A stretch of 64,000 nt of DNA, taken from positions 1-64,000 of IMG/VR virus record IMGVR_UViG_3300014968_000012. One strand, 5' to 3'. Shown here one piece after another: positions 1 through 8,743 of the stretch. The DNA comes from a virus (taxonomy: Duplodnaviria; Caudoviricetes). Below the pieces are notes generated by a model. That model was not told where the DNA came from, ran no database searches, and saw only the letters and a program-made list of their open reading frames with translations. The position numbers and the translations under genes were made by a program. Every line of letters starts with the position of its first letter. The stretch's first letter is position 1.

Positions 1-163
1 CCGGGCCCGGTGCGGTCAGCGGCGCCGTGTGGCAGTACACCCGGACAAGCCCCGGATCCCTGGCCGACCTCGTCCGCAAGTCGGCCGTGTGTACCACGGT
101 GCCGATCGCCGCCAGGATGGCCCGGACCTCGTCCGGCTCACCGATGAGCCTCAGTTCCGCCAT
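1..163 (-). CDS. Partial small hypothetical protein (MAELRLIGEPDEVRAILAAIG...), runs off the window edge
   Basis: Hand-translated minus ORF. ATG at 161-163 with GGGAGGGG RBS. Below the ORF-track cutoff. Confidence 0.6.
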   Translation of the reverse strand, partial: MAELRLIGEPDEVRAILAAIGTVVHTADLRTRSARDPGLVRVYCHTAPLTAPGP

Positions 164-446
164 GGTGCTTCCCCTCCCGCCACTGGTCTGATACGGGACC
201 GGACTCCGGCGCGAGTTCGTCTCCGTGGCCCGGCTCCAGCGCGGCATTACCCGAATTACTCCCGACCCTGCACTCTTCGACGCCCAGCGTTCCCCCGGCT
301 TGTGCCCGGTCCCGTGCCCCGACGGTACCAATCTCGCAGGCCCCTCATACGCCCGGCGCGCGCCGTCGCTACGCTGAATCCCCGAACCAGCGACAGGGCC
401 CGGCGGTACGCCGTCCCCGAGTCGCGCCAGGAAGGGACGCAGAGCA

Positions 447-635
447 TTGAGTGACACCGTCTGGATCATCATCCTTGGCGTGATCTCCGCGTTCCTCGGG
501 ATCGGCTGGTGGCGTAGCGCCCGAGCCGGCCGGCTGATGTCCCAAATCAGCCTCGCTCAGATCAAGGGCATGGAGTACACCATCACCGGCCGCGACCCCG
601 ACGACCCCGACGGCGACGCGGAACGGTCGTGGTGA
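447..635 (+). CDS. Small single-pass membrane protein
   Basis: TTG start after AGGAAGGG RBS. N-terminal hydrophobic helix VWIIILGVISAFLGIGWW. Confidence 0.65.
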   Translation: MSDTVWIIILGVISAFLGIGWWRSARAGRLMSQISLAQIKGMEYTITGRDPDDPDGDAERSW

Positions 636-671
636 CCGGCACGCGCCGGCCGCCCGGGGCAGCATGGCCGC

Positions 672-857
672 ATGAGGATCACCGTTGACTACAGCGTGTC
701 CATTCGGTGCCGGCTCGGGCTCCACGACCGGGGCGACGCCGAGCACGGATGCCAGGGCGGCTTCACTCCGCTACTGGGGCGCACCCGCTTCTGTCGGTGC
801 CGCTGCCACAACGCACCCACCAGGGGGACCCACCGATGGAAGACGACAACGGCCTGA
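672..857 (+). CDS. Small Cys/His-rich hypothetical protein
   Basis: CRLGLH...C...CRCRCH pattern. Overlaps the next start. Confidence 0.45.
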   Translation: MRITVDYSVSIRCRLGLHDRGDAEHGCQGGFTPLLGRTRFCRCRCHNAPTRGTHRWKTTTA

Positions 858-1258
858 ACTTCTCCCACTGCGGGGGCCGCGACTGCCCGAGCCGACATTC
901 ACTACTTGATCCGGGCATGCGCTATGAGGAGATCCAGCGGCGCGGGTCCCACCGGGAACCGTGCCTCACGGTGAGCCCGATCCCGCCAGTGAAGTACCCC
1001 CGGCTCTCGCCGTTCCCCGGCGAGACCCTGGCGGCGTACTGCGCGCGTCAGCCCGAGACCACGCGCCTGTTCCGCGAGGCACAGGCCATCGCCAGCGGCC
1101 GGCCCCCGGCCGCGCGCCGGCCGTCCACCCGGGCCGGTGACCTGTGGAGCGACTACGACGACTTCGACGCCGGCGGCGACCCGATCGACTGGAACGGCTA
1201 CGACCCGGCGGACGGGGACTGGGACTACGAAGGATCGCCGGGCCCCGTCTTCGACTAG
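836..1258 (+). CDS. Hypothetical protein (MEDDNGLNF...), acidic C-terminus
   Basis: In-frame ATG at 836 after GGGGGA RBS, within track ORF 707..1258. Confidence 0.55.
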   Translation: MEDDNGLNFSHCGGRDCPSRHSLLDPGMRYEEIQRRGSHREPCLTVSPIPPVKYPRLSPFPGETLAAYCARQPETTRLFREAQAIASGRPPAARRPSTRAGDLWSDYDDFDAGGDPIDWNGYDPADGDWDYEGSPGPVFD

Positions 1259-1374
1259 ACGCTACGTCCCGCCCCGAAAGGCGTACCGACGAGGACTGAC
1301 CGAACACCCGGGCGGCCCGCGCACCACTTCCCGCGTCCATCGTCGCGGCGCGGGCCGCCCCTACACTTCCCGCC

Positions 1375-1788
1375 ATGAGCAACGCCACCACCGCGGCGAC
1401 GAGGCCCACCCCGCCGGACCGCCGCCCGTACTGCCCGATGTCCGAGGGTGTGGAAGCATTCTTCGTCCGCAGCGGCGAGGGAACACAGTTCCGCCTGACG
1501 CAAGTCGCATGGCAGGGAGCCACCGGCGCGCTGTACGCCCTGAACGAGAACCCCCGCGAGTACGAGCGCGGATCGTACCGGCCGCTGTACGCCACCGCCG
1601 ACGCCGACCCGATCGCCTGTCGCCCCCTGGACCACCGGTACCTACTCGGGGAAGCCGGCGTCCACGCCGAAGCGCTCGCCGGCTGGGCCAGTCTCCGGCC
1701 CCTGACCGCCGATGAGAACGAACTCTTGGGCGCGCTGACCACCGTCACGCGCCTGTTGGGCTCGTCCGTGGCGCTGCGCTGGCCCTAG
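1375..1788 (+). CDS. Hypothetical protein, paralog of 2461..2859
   Basis: TACACT -10 box 7 nt before ATG. Shares W.GA.GALY.L.E.P and L.ALTT..RLL.S motifs with 2461..2859. Confidence 0.7.
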   Translation: MSNATTAATRPTPPDRRPYCPMSEGVEAFFVRSGEGTQFRLTQVAWQGATGALYALNENPREYERGSYRPLYATADADPIACRPLDHRYLLGEAGVHAEALAGWASLRPLTADENELLGALTTVTRLLGSSVALRWP

Positions 1789-1827
1789 CGGCGTCGCCCA
1801 GCTCCCCGCCGCGTTCGGCACGCGACA

Positions 1828-1850
1828 GGCGACAGGACCGACCTGTCACC
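1828..1850. repeat. Palindrome GGYGACAGG-N5-CCTGTCACC, copy 1
   Basis: GGCGACAGG accga CCTGTCACC, intergenic. Confidence 0.75.
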
Positions 1851-1933
1851 CAACCGGCGCGCGCCGCCGCGGCGGTAGCCGGCCGCCTACACTGCGAAGA
1901 CGCCCCGGCTCACGCCCCTGAGGAGACCCACCC

Positions 1934-2464
1934 GTGAACAGCGTCGCCACCCCCGACCACGACCACGACCAGGACCAGGACCAGGACGTCAACGCCGGCG
2001 ACTGGGCCGGCTGGACCGGATGCATCGCGCGCCTGGACATGGACAGCGACGCCGGCCCCCGCATCGCCACCCCCGCCGACGGCGCCGAGCCTCGCACCCG
2101 GGAACTCCCGCTACCGCTGACCTACCTCACCGACCCGATGGCCAGCGGCCACGTTGGCGCCGAAGTCGCCGGCCTCGTCACCCGGGCATGGATCGTCGGC
2201 GACGAGCTCCACGCCGAAGGCTTCGCCAACCACCCCGACCTGTCCGCCCGGCTCGTCGCCGGCGAAACGGTCACCTGCGGCGTGGAACTGGACAGCGTCG
2301 CACTGGTCACCCGCCGCGGCGAAGACCCCGGATCGTTCGTGACGATCGCAGAGGACTGGCGCATCATCGGACTGTGCGCCCACCACCCCGAGGGCATCAC
2401 CGGCCCATCTTTCCCCGGCGTCGGCATCCGGTTCCGCCCGGTGAAGTTCGTCGCCCAGCCTTGA
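1934..2464 (+). CDS. Stand-alone paralog of the capsid maturation protease domain, probably inactive
   Basis: W.G..A.LD.DS..G..I..P..G..PRTR.LP.P..Y...H.GA...GL and A.DWR...P.FP align with the domain at about 25345-25775. Confidence 0.75.
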   Translation: MNSVATPDHDHDQDQDQDVNAGDWAGWTGCIARLDMDSDAGPRIATPADGAEPRTRELPLPLTYLTDPMASGHVGAEVAGLVTRAWIVGDELHAEGFANHPDLSARLVAGETVTCGVELDSVALVTRRGEDPGSFVTIAEDWRIIGLCAHHPEGITGPSFPGVGIRFRPVKFVAQP

Positions 2465-2859
2465 CCGGCGACCCGCCCCACCCCGACGCCCCGCCGGACA
2501 CCCGGCCCCATGTCCCCGAGCTCGGGGCGCCCCTGACCGTCCGCAGCAATCAGGGCATGGTCTACCGGATGCATCACGTCGGATGGCGCGGCGCCGGCGG
2601 CGCGCTGTACGGCCTGGACGAACACCCCGTCTTCCACGAGGCCGAATACGACCCCGTACACGTCATCATCGACGGCGGCCGCACCATCGAAGCGCCGCCG
2701 GACAACCTGTTTCTACGCCGCGAGGTGGGCGCACACGCCGGCGCGCTGCAAGAGTGCGCCGGCGCCCGGGGCCTGAGCGGCGAGGAACTGGAATTCCTCA
2801 GGGCCCTGACCACCATCGCCCGGCTTCTGGACTCCGGGCTGAGGGTGAAACGGCCCTAG
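2461..2859 (+). CDS. Hypothetical protein, paralog of 1375..1788
   Basis: TTGA overlap with the upstream stop. In frame with track ORF 2020..2859. Shared motifs with 1375..1788. Confidence 0.65.
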   Translation: MTGDPPHPDAPPDTRPHVPELGAPLTVRSNQGMVYRMHHVGWRGAGGALYGLDEHPVFHEAEYDPVHVIIDGGRTIEAPPDNLFLRREVGAHAGALQECAGARGLSGEELEFLRALTTIARLLDSGLRVKRP

Positions 2860-2910
2860 GCGCGCGCCGAGCTCCCCGCCGCAGCGCCGGCCCCTGCCTA
2901 CGCTGGCCCG

Positions 2911-3696
2911 ATGACCGAAGCCCCCGGATCCCGCACCCCGATGGCCACGCTCAAGATCGTGGACGACTACGCCGCCACCCACGAAGTCGAACTGGACCAC
3001 GGGACGGCGCTCACCGTCCTGGGCGTCCTGGCCGACCTCACCGGCCGCGCCGACTGGTCCGGCACGCTGAGCCTCAGACTGACCGTGGGACTCCCTCACG
3101 GCCTGGAGCTCGCCGCCGGTTCCATGTCGAAGATGCTCACGCTGCCCGGCCAGGCCCACCGCCACGGCGTCAGCGTCCCGGTCCCCGTCCACCCCTACCG
3201 GTGCAAGTTCTACCTGCGCACGCCGTACACCCCGCCGCCGACCGTGCCAGAAGTGATCACCGTCACCACCGAGGAACTGGACCGGATGCCGCCCCCCGAG
3301 CCCGCCCGCCAGATGTACGAGTACCGCCAGATCAGGATCGGTACGCCGGGCAACGGACACGCTCTCCGGACCGCCACGCCGCCGGCCGTCGGCGACCTCG
3401 TCCAACTCACCGACCGGCCGTACTACCGGGGGACTAGCGACGATGACGTGATCGAGGGAACGTTCCGCGTCGTACGTCGCGGCTTCGACCTCGTCGATCA
3501 CAGCCACATGGTGTGTCTCGCCGACGAGGGAGCCCACCAGCACGGCGGCAACTCGCTGACCATCATCGTGGAGGCCTGCGGCCCTGACGACGGGCGGTAT
3601 CCGTTCTACGCCGACGAGGCGCCCGGCTCGGAAGGCCTGACCGGCGCGCGCCGGCGCGCGGCCGCCGCGCGACTCGCTCAGGTGGTCCAGACCTGA
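2911..3696 (+). CDS. Hypothetical protein (261 aa)
   Basis: Long ORF with GC3-rich codons. TACGCT 6 nt before ATG. Confidence 0.7.
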   Translation: MTEAPGSRTPMATLKIVDDYAATHEVELDHGTALTVLGVLADLTGRADWSGTLSLRLTVGLPHGLELAAGSMSKMLTLPGQAHRHGVSVPVPVHPYRCKFYLRTPYTPPPTVPEVITVTTEELDRMPPPEPARQMYEYRQIRIGTPGNGHALRTATPPAVGDLVQLTDRPYYRGTSDDDVIEGTFRVVRRGFDLVDHSHMVCLADEGAHQHGGNSLTIIVEACGPDDGRYPFYADEAPGSEGLTGARRRAAAARLAQVVQT

Positions 3697-3789
3697 CCGG
3701 CGCCCCGAGGCGTCACACTTCGCCCCGCTCGGAATGATCCGGCCGGCGCGCGCCGATCCACGCGCGCCGGCCTCGTACACCGGCGATGG

Positions 3790-3936
3790 TCAGGACTTTT
3801 CCTCCTCTACCGGGGGCAACCCCGCGGCGGCGCGTGCCGCGTGGAACGCCGCCACCGCCGCCTCGTCCTCGTCGTGCTGTTGCACGGCCGCCGCGAGTGC
3901 GTCCGCCCGTTCCTGTTCTTCGGGTGTCAGAGCCAT
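3790..3936 (-). CDS. 48-aa helical protein (MALTPEEQERADALAAAVQQHDEDEAAVAAFHAARAAAGLPPVEEEKS)
   Basis: Hand-translated. TAGGGT -10 box 6 nt before ATG (leaderless). Confidence 0.6.
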   Translation of the reverse strand: MALTPEEQERADALAAAVQQHDEDEAAVAAFHAARAAAGLPPVEEEKS

Positions 3937-4313
3937 GCGAAAACCCTACTTGTCACCCGTTCGGCTCACATGGGCTTTCCGGTATGGATGCCCGCTATCG
4001 CCGATTCTCGTTCCGATGTATCCAAGCCCCCTGATACGCCTCAGGGGCCGGCGCCGCACGATGGCACCGGCCCCCGACGGGGCACACAACCCGGATCCCG
4101 GGTAGAACCGTTCGGCGGGTCCCATGGCACACAAGACCGGTTCTGGAACGGCGCTCTTCACAGAGCCACACCCGCACACCGGGTAAGAGACGTCTCCGAA
4201 CACGGCCGCAGCCAAGACGCCGGGTTTCACCCCCGCCGACGGGGATTCGACCTGATGACGACGGTACGCCGCTCCCGAGCCGTCCGCAGGAAAACCGGGG
4301 AATCCGGACCCTG

Positions 4314-4739
4314 CTACACAGCGGCCGCTTTCGCCATGTCCAAGTCCATCAGGGCGCCCCGCAGCATCAGCACGGCCCCGACGAGCGCCAACCCCGCCTC
4401 GCCGATCCCGGCCTGAATCGCCCCGCCGGGGGTGAGCGTGAACGCCCGGGACACCCACCGTGCGCCGTCGGCCAGCTTGTCCAGCGCGACTTCCGCCCCG
4501 CCGCCGGCGAGGTCCGTCCGGGACGCCTCCAGTGCCGACACCGCCGCCGGAAGCTCGTCCGTTCCGTACGGTCCAAAGTCCGGAATCTCAGCCGCCATCG
4601 CGATGACGTGGCCGGCCGCTTCCTCCAACTGGTCCCACGCGTACACGATCCGCCGGAACACCGGATCACGCGCGATCGTGTTCCCGAGCGGCACGCGGCC
4701 GCCCGGTGTGCTCTTCCGCTTGCGGCTTGCCCTACCCAC
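4314..4739 (-). CDS. Hypothetical helical protein with C-terminal hydrophobic segment
   Basis: GTG at 4739 overlaps the upstream stop. Protein-like composition in track ORF 4314..4820. Confidence 0.55.
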   Translation of the reverse strand: MGRASRKRKSTPGGRVPLGNTIARDPVFRRIVYAWDQLEEAAGHVIAMAAEIPDFGPYGTDELPAAVSALEASRTDLAGGGAEVALDKLADGARWVSRAFTLTPGGAIQAGIGEAGLALVGAVLMLRGALMDLDMAKAAAV

Positions 4740-5121
4740 GAGGCGCGTCCCCGGCCTCACCGGTGCCGGCGAGCGCCGCCGAGACCCTGAACCGGCGCTC
4801 GCGGCCGCGCACGCTCGCATCGTGTCGCGCGCACCCGCAGCGGCCTTCGTGCGGGTGGACGTAGTCCTGGCCGGCTTTCGCCGCGGCGATCGACTCGTCT
4901 TTCGTCGCGCCGCCCCAGTGGCAGCGCCCTTCCCCGCAGTCCCCGCACGTGGAGTCCATCTCCATCAGTTGCCACGCCTCGTGCAACGGCGGCCGCCGGT
5001 GCTCGCTCAGCACGGGGCTTGCCAGCACGGCGGCCAGCGCCTCAGCCGCCTGTTCCGTCAGCGCGTCCAGTTCGTTGAACGCCGCCAGGCGCTCGTCAAG
5101 GCCCATCGTCGTGGTGTCCAT
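4732..5121 (-). CDS. Hypothetical protein with CxxC...CH and CxC motifs
   Basis: TACGCT-N7-ATG leaderless start. CGDCGEGRCH and RCGCARH motifs. Confidence 0.65.
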   Translation of the reverse strand: MDTTTMGLDERLAAFNELDALTEQAAEALAAVLASPVLSEHRRPPLHEAWQLMEMDSTCGDCGEGRCHWGGATKDESIAAAKAGQDYVHPHEGRCGCARHDASVRGRERRFRVSAALAGTGEAGDAPRG

Positions 5122-5199
5122 GTCGGTGAGCGTAGCCGCGCCGCGGCGGCCCCGGCTCGGCGCCCGGGCGTTCCGTGCGCTGTCCGGGAACATGGTCGG

Positions 5200-5631
5200 A
5201 TGCGTCAGCGACGAGAGCGGCCCCAGCCCACGAAGCCCCCCAAGACCCTGGCCGTGGACTTCGACGGGGTCCTACACGACTACAAACGCGGGTGGGCCGA
5301 CGGCACGATCTACGGCGATTGGAACCCCGGCGCCCTGGCGGCGCTGTACGGCCTCATGCGCCATCACGCGGTGTTCGTCCACACCACCCGCAACCCGCGC
5401 CAGGTGGCCCGCTGGATTGAGCGCCGCAGCGGCCACGGAATCGAGTGCGTGACCTGGCATCCGCGCTGGCGGAAGTTCTGGAACAAGCAAGGGGTCTTGC
5501 TGGTCACCAGCCGGAAACTCCCGGCGGTGGCCTATGTCGATGACCGGGCGATCCGGTTCACCGACTGGCCCCAGACGCTCGGGGAGCTCGGGATCCAGGG
5601 GTACAAGCTCGGCGGCTACGGCACCGGATGA
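5200..5631 (+). CDS. HAD-superfamily phosphatase (phage nucleotidase-like)
   Basis: LAVDFDGV (motif I), HTTR (motif II), RK and AYVDDRA (motif IV). Confidence 0.8.
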   Translation: MRQRRERPQPTKPPKTLAVDFDGVLHDYKRGWADGTIYGDWNPGALAALYGLMRHHAVFVHTTRNPRQVARWIERRSGHGIECVTWHPRWRKFWNKQGVLLVTSRKLPAVAYVDDRAIRFTDWPQTLGELGIQGYKLGGYGTG

Positions 5632-5939
5632 CGGCCGACGCGCCGGCGCGTCCCGACCCGTCGTACGTCGCCGGCCACCCCGAGCTCTTCGAAGCGCTGA
5701 GTCTGTCGCTGCCCGCCGCGCGCGTGGCCGCCGCCGATGCCCTGTTCGACCGGCGCGGCCTACGCCGGCTGACCGCCGACGACGACCACCTGAACCGCGG
5801 CGGCGCGACACGTCGGCACCAGGTGGCGGCCGCCGACGCCCACGAGGCGGTCCGGGCGTTCCTGCGGGAGCTCGCGACGTCGCCGGCCGGGCGCCTGACC
5901 GTCGTGACGCTGTGGGAAGCCCACGAGCACGGCGCCTGA
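5628..5939 (+). CDS. Hypothetical protein
   Basis: ATGA overlap with the HAD gene stop. Confidence 0.55.
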   Translation: MTADAPARPDPSYVAGHPELFEALSLSLPAARVAAADALFDRRGLRRLTADDDHLNRGGATRRHQVAAADAHEAVRAFLRELATSPAGRLTVVTLWEAHEHGA

Positions 5940-6065
5940 CACACACGGATGATCTTGGCCCGGTCTTCGGTGCTGGGGTTGTCCGATCACTGGCAATCGT
6001 GACACTCCGTGGTGTGTGGAATGCGGAGGATCAGATTATTCCCATTTCGCGCTAGGCTCCCCCAC

Positions 6066-7142
6066 ATGAACCGTGAGGAGCGGGATGCGACGGTCACGAA
6101 TCTGCCGAGCGCTCGCCTGCGAAGAACTCCCGACGCCGGCGCCGCGCGAGACGGGGCGCGAGCGGGGCGGATCAAGATCTTGGGAGCCGAACTCAACGAA
6201 CTGGCGGAACTGAGCGACGACCGGGAACCTGGCAGCAACCACTTTCTACCGGTGGCGAACCTGGCGGCCGCATGGCTCGCCGGGGGGCGCTCGGACCGAA
6301 CCCGAACGGCCTACCGGGCGGACTTGGCGCGGTACTTCCGCTGGTGCCACGAACACGCGATCAACCCCGCCACGGCCAAATCGTCGCAGGTCAGAGCCTA
6401 TGACCTGTATCTACGGGGCGTCACGCCGCACCCACGGTCGCCCGGGAAGGGGTCGGCCGGCTACGCCAAGTCCAGCCGCGCCCGGTTCCTGTCGGCCGTG
6501 TCCTCGTTCTACGTGTTCGCCCACCAGCGGGCCGAGATCGCCGAGAACCCCGCCGCGGCGCTGGTCCGGCCCGAGAAAGACACCGTGAGCCGGCGGACCC
6601 TGCGGCCGGACGAGGAACGGGCGCTGTGGGCGTTGATAAGCGGTGACGAGCCGCCGGCGCTCAAGGCGATGCGGTTCAAGGACGTGGTGACCGTGGCCAC
6701 CGTCCTGGCGCTCGGGCTGGACCACGCGTGGCGGCCGTGCCAGGTCTACGCCGCCCGCGTCCTGGACCTCACCCACACCGCGACCGGAATCCCCGCGATC
6801 TCCACCCGCGCCTCAGCCGACAGTCCGCCGGCCGTGCAAGCACTGTCCCCGCGCGCCGTCGGCTGTATCAACCAGATGTTGATCAACGGGCGCGGGTTCG
6901 CGTCCTACATCTGGGCCGACCAGGCGAAAGCCGCATGGGGGGCCGTGAACTGGGGCCCGCTGTTGTCGGTGACCGGCCGGCGCCCGATGGGGCGTCAGTG
7001 GCTCTCGTACACGCTGGAAGAGGTCGCGATCCTGGCCGGCATCGACCCCGGCCGCGACGCGAAACACCAGACGGACCGGCTCACCCCCCTGACGCTGCGA
7101 CGTACCGCGCTGACCCGAACACAGGAGACCCCCACGGCATGA
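6066..7142 (+). CDS. Tyrosine recombinase-like protein lacking most catalytic residues, including the Tyr nucleophile
   Basis: Integrase core-binding region (TRTAY..DL..YFRWC, S.AR.LSAVSSFY, ENPAA). Box I reads AWRPCQ. Box II reads LTPLTLRRT instead of TPH.LRH. The ORF ends about 10 aa later. Confidence 0.75.
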   Translation: MNREERDATVTNLPSARLRRTPDAGAARDGARAGRIKILGAELNELAELSDDREPGSNHFLPVANLAAAWLAGGRSDRTRTAYRADLARYFRWCHEHAINPATAKSSQVRAYDLYLRGVTPHPRSPGKGSAGYAKSSRARFLSAVSSFYVFAHQRAEIAENPAAALVRPEKDTVSRRTLRPDEERALWALISGDEPPALKAMRFKDVVTVATVLALGLDHAWRPCQVYAARVLDLTHTATGIPAISTRASADSPPAVQALSPRAVGCINQMLINGRGFASYIWADQAKAAWGAVNWGPLLSVTGRRPMGRQWLSYTLEEVAILAGIDPGRDAKHQTDRLTPLTLRRTALTRTQETPTA

Positions 7143-7888
7143 ACGAGCTCGTCACCGGACTGCGTCCCTACATCCACGGCCACGACCCGGATCCGTGGCG
7201 GATGGAAGGCGCCGTCTTCACCGACTACCTGGCCGAATTCGTCCCCGAGCTTGACCGGCCAGCGACCGGGCTCCACGTCTTCCCGCACCCCGACGGCAAA
7301 CGGACCACCGCAATCGGTCAGAACGTGGGGATCACCGTCTGGATCCTGTCCGACCGTGGAGCCATGGGCAACGGCCACGCCGCGGCGCTGACGGTCGCCG
7401 CCGCGGTGGCGTACGAGCACGACGACACCGCGCTGTTCGACGTCCATTGGACCGGCGGCATGCAGGCGATCACGGCCCCGGAACTGGGCCGGATGCTCCG
7501 GGCCGTCGAATCCTTCTATGCCACCCTCCCCGAGGGTGAGGCGCCTCTGATCGCCGGCCGGATGCCCTACGGCGACCCCGGCCGCGTCGCCGACCTCACA
7601 CGCCAAGCCGTCCCCATCCCCGACCCGGACACCCTGAGCGGCCTCCAGCGCCGCCGGGGCGGCTATCAGGGCATGTCGCACGAGGAAGCCGTGGAGATCG
7701 CCGTCAAGGAAGCCGCGCGGCGCGGCCACACGGCGGTTCGCCGGAACCCGGAAGGGCAACAGGTCTGGCGCGGATGGTGTGTGGCGTGCCACATGGACCT
7801 CATGGTCTTCCCGGCCACCATGGGTGGGGACTGTCTGCTCAAAGACTGCCCCATGGTGGAGAAAACGACAGAAATCACCGGAGAGTGA
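7139..7888 (+). CDS. Hypothetical protein with C-terminal CxxC...C...C motif
   Basis: ATGA overlap and AGGAG RBS inside the end of the recombinase gene. Confidence 0.7.
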   Translation: MNELVTGLRPYIHGHDPDPWRMEGAVFTDYLAEFVPELDRPATGLHVFPHPDGKRTTAIGQNVGITVWILSDRGAMGNGHAAALTVAAAVAYEHDDTALFDVHWTGGMQAITAPELGRMLRAVESFYATLPEGEAPLIAGRMPYGDPGRVADLTRQAVPIPDPDTLSGLQRRRGGYQGMSHEEAVEIAVKEAARRGHTAVRRNPEGQQVWRGWCVACHMDLMVFPATMGGDCLLKDCPMVEKTTEITGE

Positions 7889-8069
7889 CAACATACTGAT
7901 GTGGAGCTACAGACACGGACCCCGACCCGGCCACACGCCGCCGGGCCTCATAACCCGGCGCGCGCCGGCCCGCCGGTCGCGCGCCCGGACGCCATCGTTT
8001 CCCCGGGGCTCCCTGGAGACGCGATCTTCAAGGTACTGCCCAGACCCCGCAGAACCGGAATGAGGAACC

Positions 8070-8288
8070 ATGACCACCACCGACCGTTGGACCGCCGCCG
8101 CGTTAGCCGCCGTCATCATCCTGTTTCTGGTGTGGAACGGCTTGTGTGCGCGCCGATCAGCCGCCGCGCTGGAACGCATCGCTGACGGTGTGCGCCGGGC
8201 CACGCGCCCGAACCTCGGGAGCGCCCAGCCGGACCGCGCCGCGCTGTTCACCTCGCCACGCACCACCGACGCCCGGCCGCCACGGTGA
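8070..8288 (+). CDS. Small membrane protein
   Basis: GAGGA RBS. N-terminal TM segment AAALAAVIILFLVW. Confidence 0.6.
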   Translation: MTTTDRWTAAALAAVIILFLVWNGLCARRSAAALERIADGVRRATRPNLGSAQPDRAALFTSPRTTDARPPR

Positions 8289-8355
8289 CCGCCGCCGAGT
8301 CCCGCCAGGGCGCCGCCCCCGTCCTGGCCTGCGTCCAGGACGCCCGGCCCCACTG

Positions 8356-8586
8356 GTGACCATCGTCCTGGCGCTGTTGGTCGCCGCCGGACTCGGATGC
8401 ACCGCCGCGGCGCTGCGTGTCCTGGAGCGCCGCGTACAAGAACTGGAACGGCAATCCCGCGACGCCGCCACGAACCGCTCGCCGCCCGCCGACGAGCCCG
8501 ACCACAAGCCGCAAGCGCCACCCGCAAGCGCCAGCGGCGAACTTCCCCAGACGCTCGTACTACACCTCTTCGGAGACCACGAATGA
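8356..8586 (+). CDS. Small membrane-anchored coiled-coil protein
   Basis: VTIVLALLVAAGLG TM segment followed by heptads. GTGA coupling to a 24-aa ORF at 8285..8359. Confidence 0.55.
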   Translation: MTIVLALLVAAGLGCTAAALRVLERRVQELERQSRDAATNRSPPADEPDHKPQAPPASASGELPQTLVLHLFGDHE

Positions 8587-8632
8587 GCTATTCAGAGTTC
8601 GCCACCGCCGCGACCACGACGGGAGCCGCAGC

Positions 8633-8743
8633 ATGAACGCGCCATCCACCGGGGGCGTGTGGGGGTGGGCCGTAGGGACCGCAGCATTCGCCGTCGCCGC
8701 CTTCCTGTGCGGCACGTGGTGGTGCAAGCGGGGTCACAAGTGA
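8633..8743 (+). CDS. 36-aa membrane peptide
   Basis: ATGA/GTGA coupling at both ends. One TM helix followed by KRGHK. Confidence 0.5.
   Translation: MNAPSTGGVWGWAVGTAAFAVAAFLCGTWWCKRGHK

Noticed and set aside
1955-1990. GACCAC/GACCAG hexamer tandem repeat
   Set aside because: It is in frame and encodes a DHDHDQDQDQD low-complexity N-terminus, with no sign of a regulatory role.
4236-4260. tRNA gene suggested by GGTCGAATCCCC on the minus strand
   Set aside because: I could not build a cloverleaf with acceptor stem and anticodon arm. Kept only as part of the ncRNA candidate.
6066-7142. Functional integrase with an att site
   Set aside because: It lacks the catalytic His and Tyr, and I found no att-like core or tRNA remnant.
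7901-8185. 94-aa ORF between 7888 and 8070
   Set aside because: No RBS, Pro/Arg-rich shadow composition, and it overlaps the better-supported 8070 gene.
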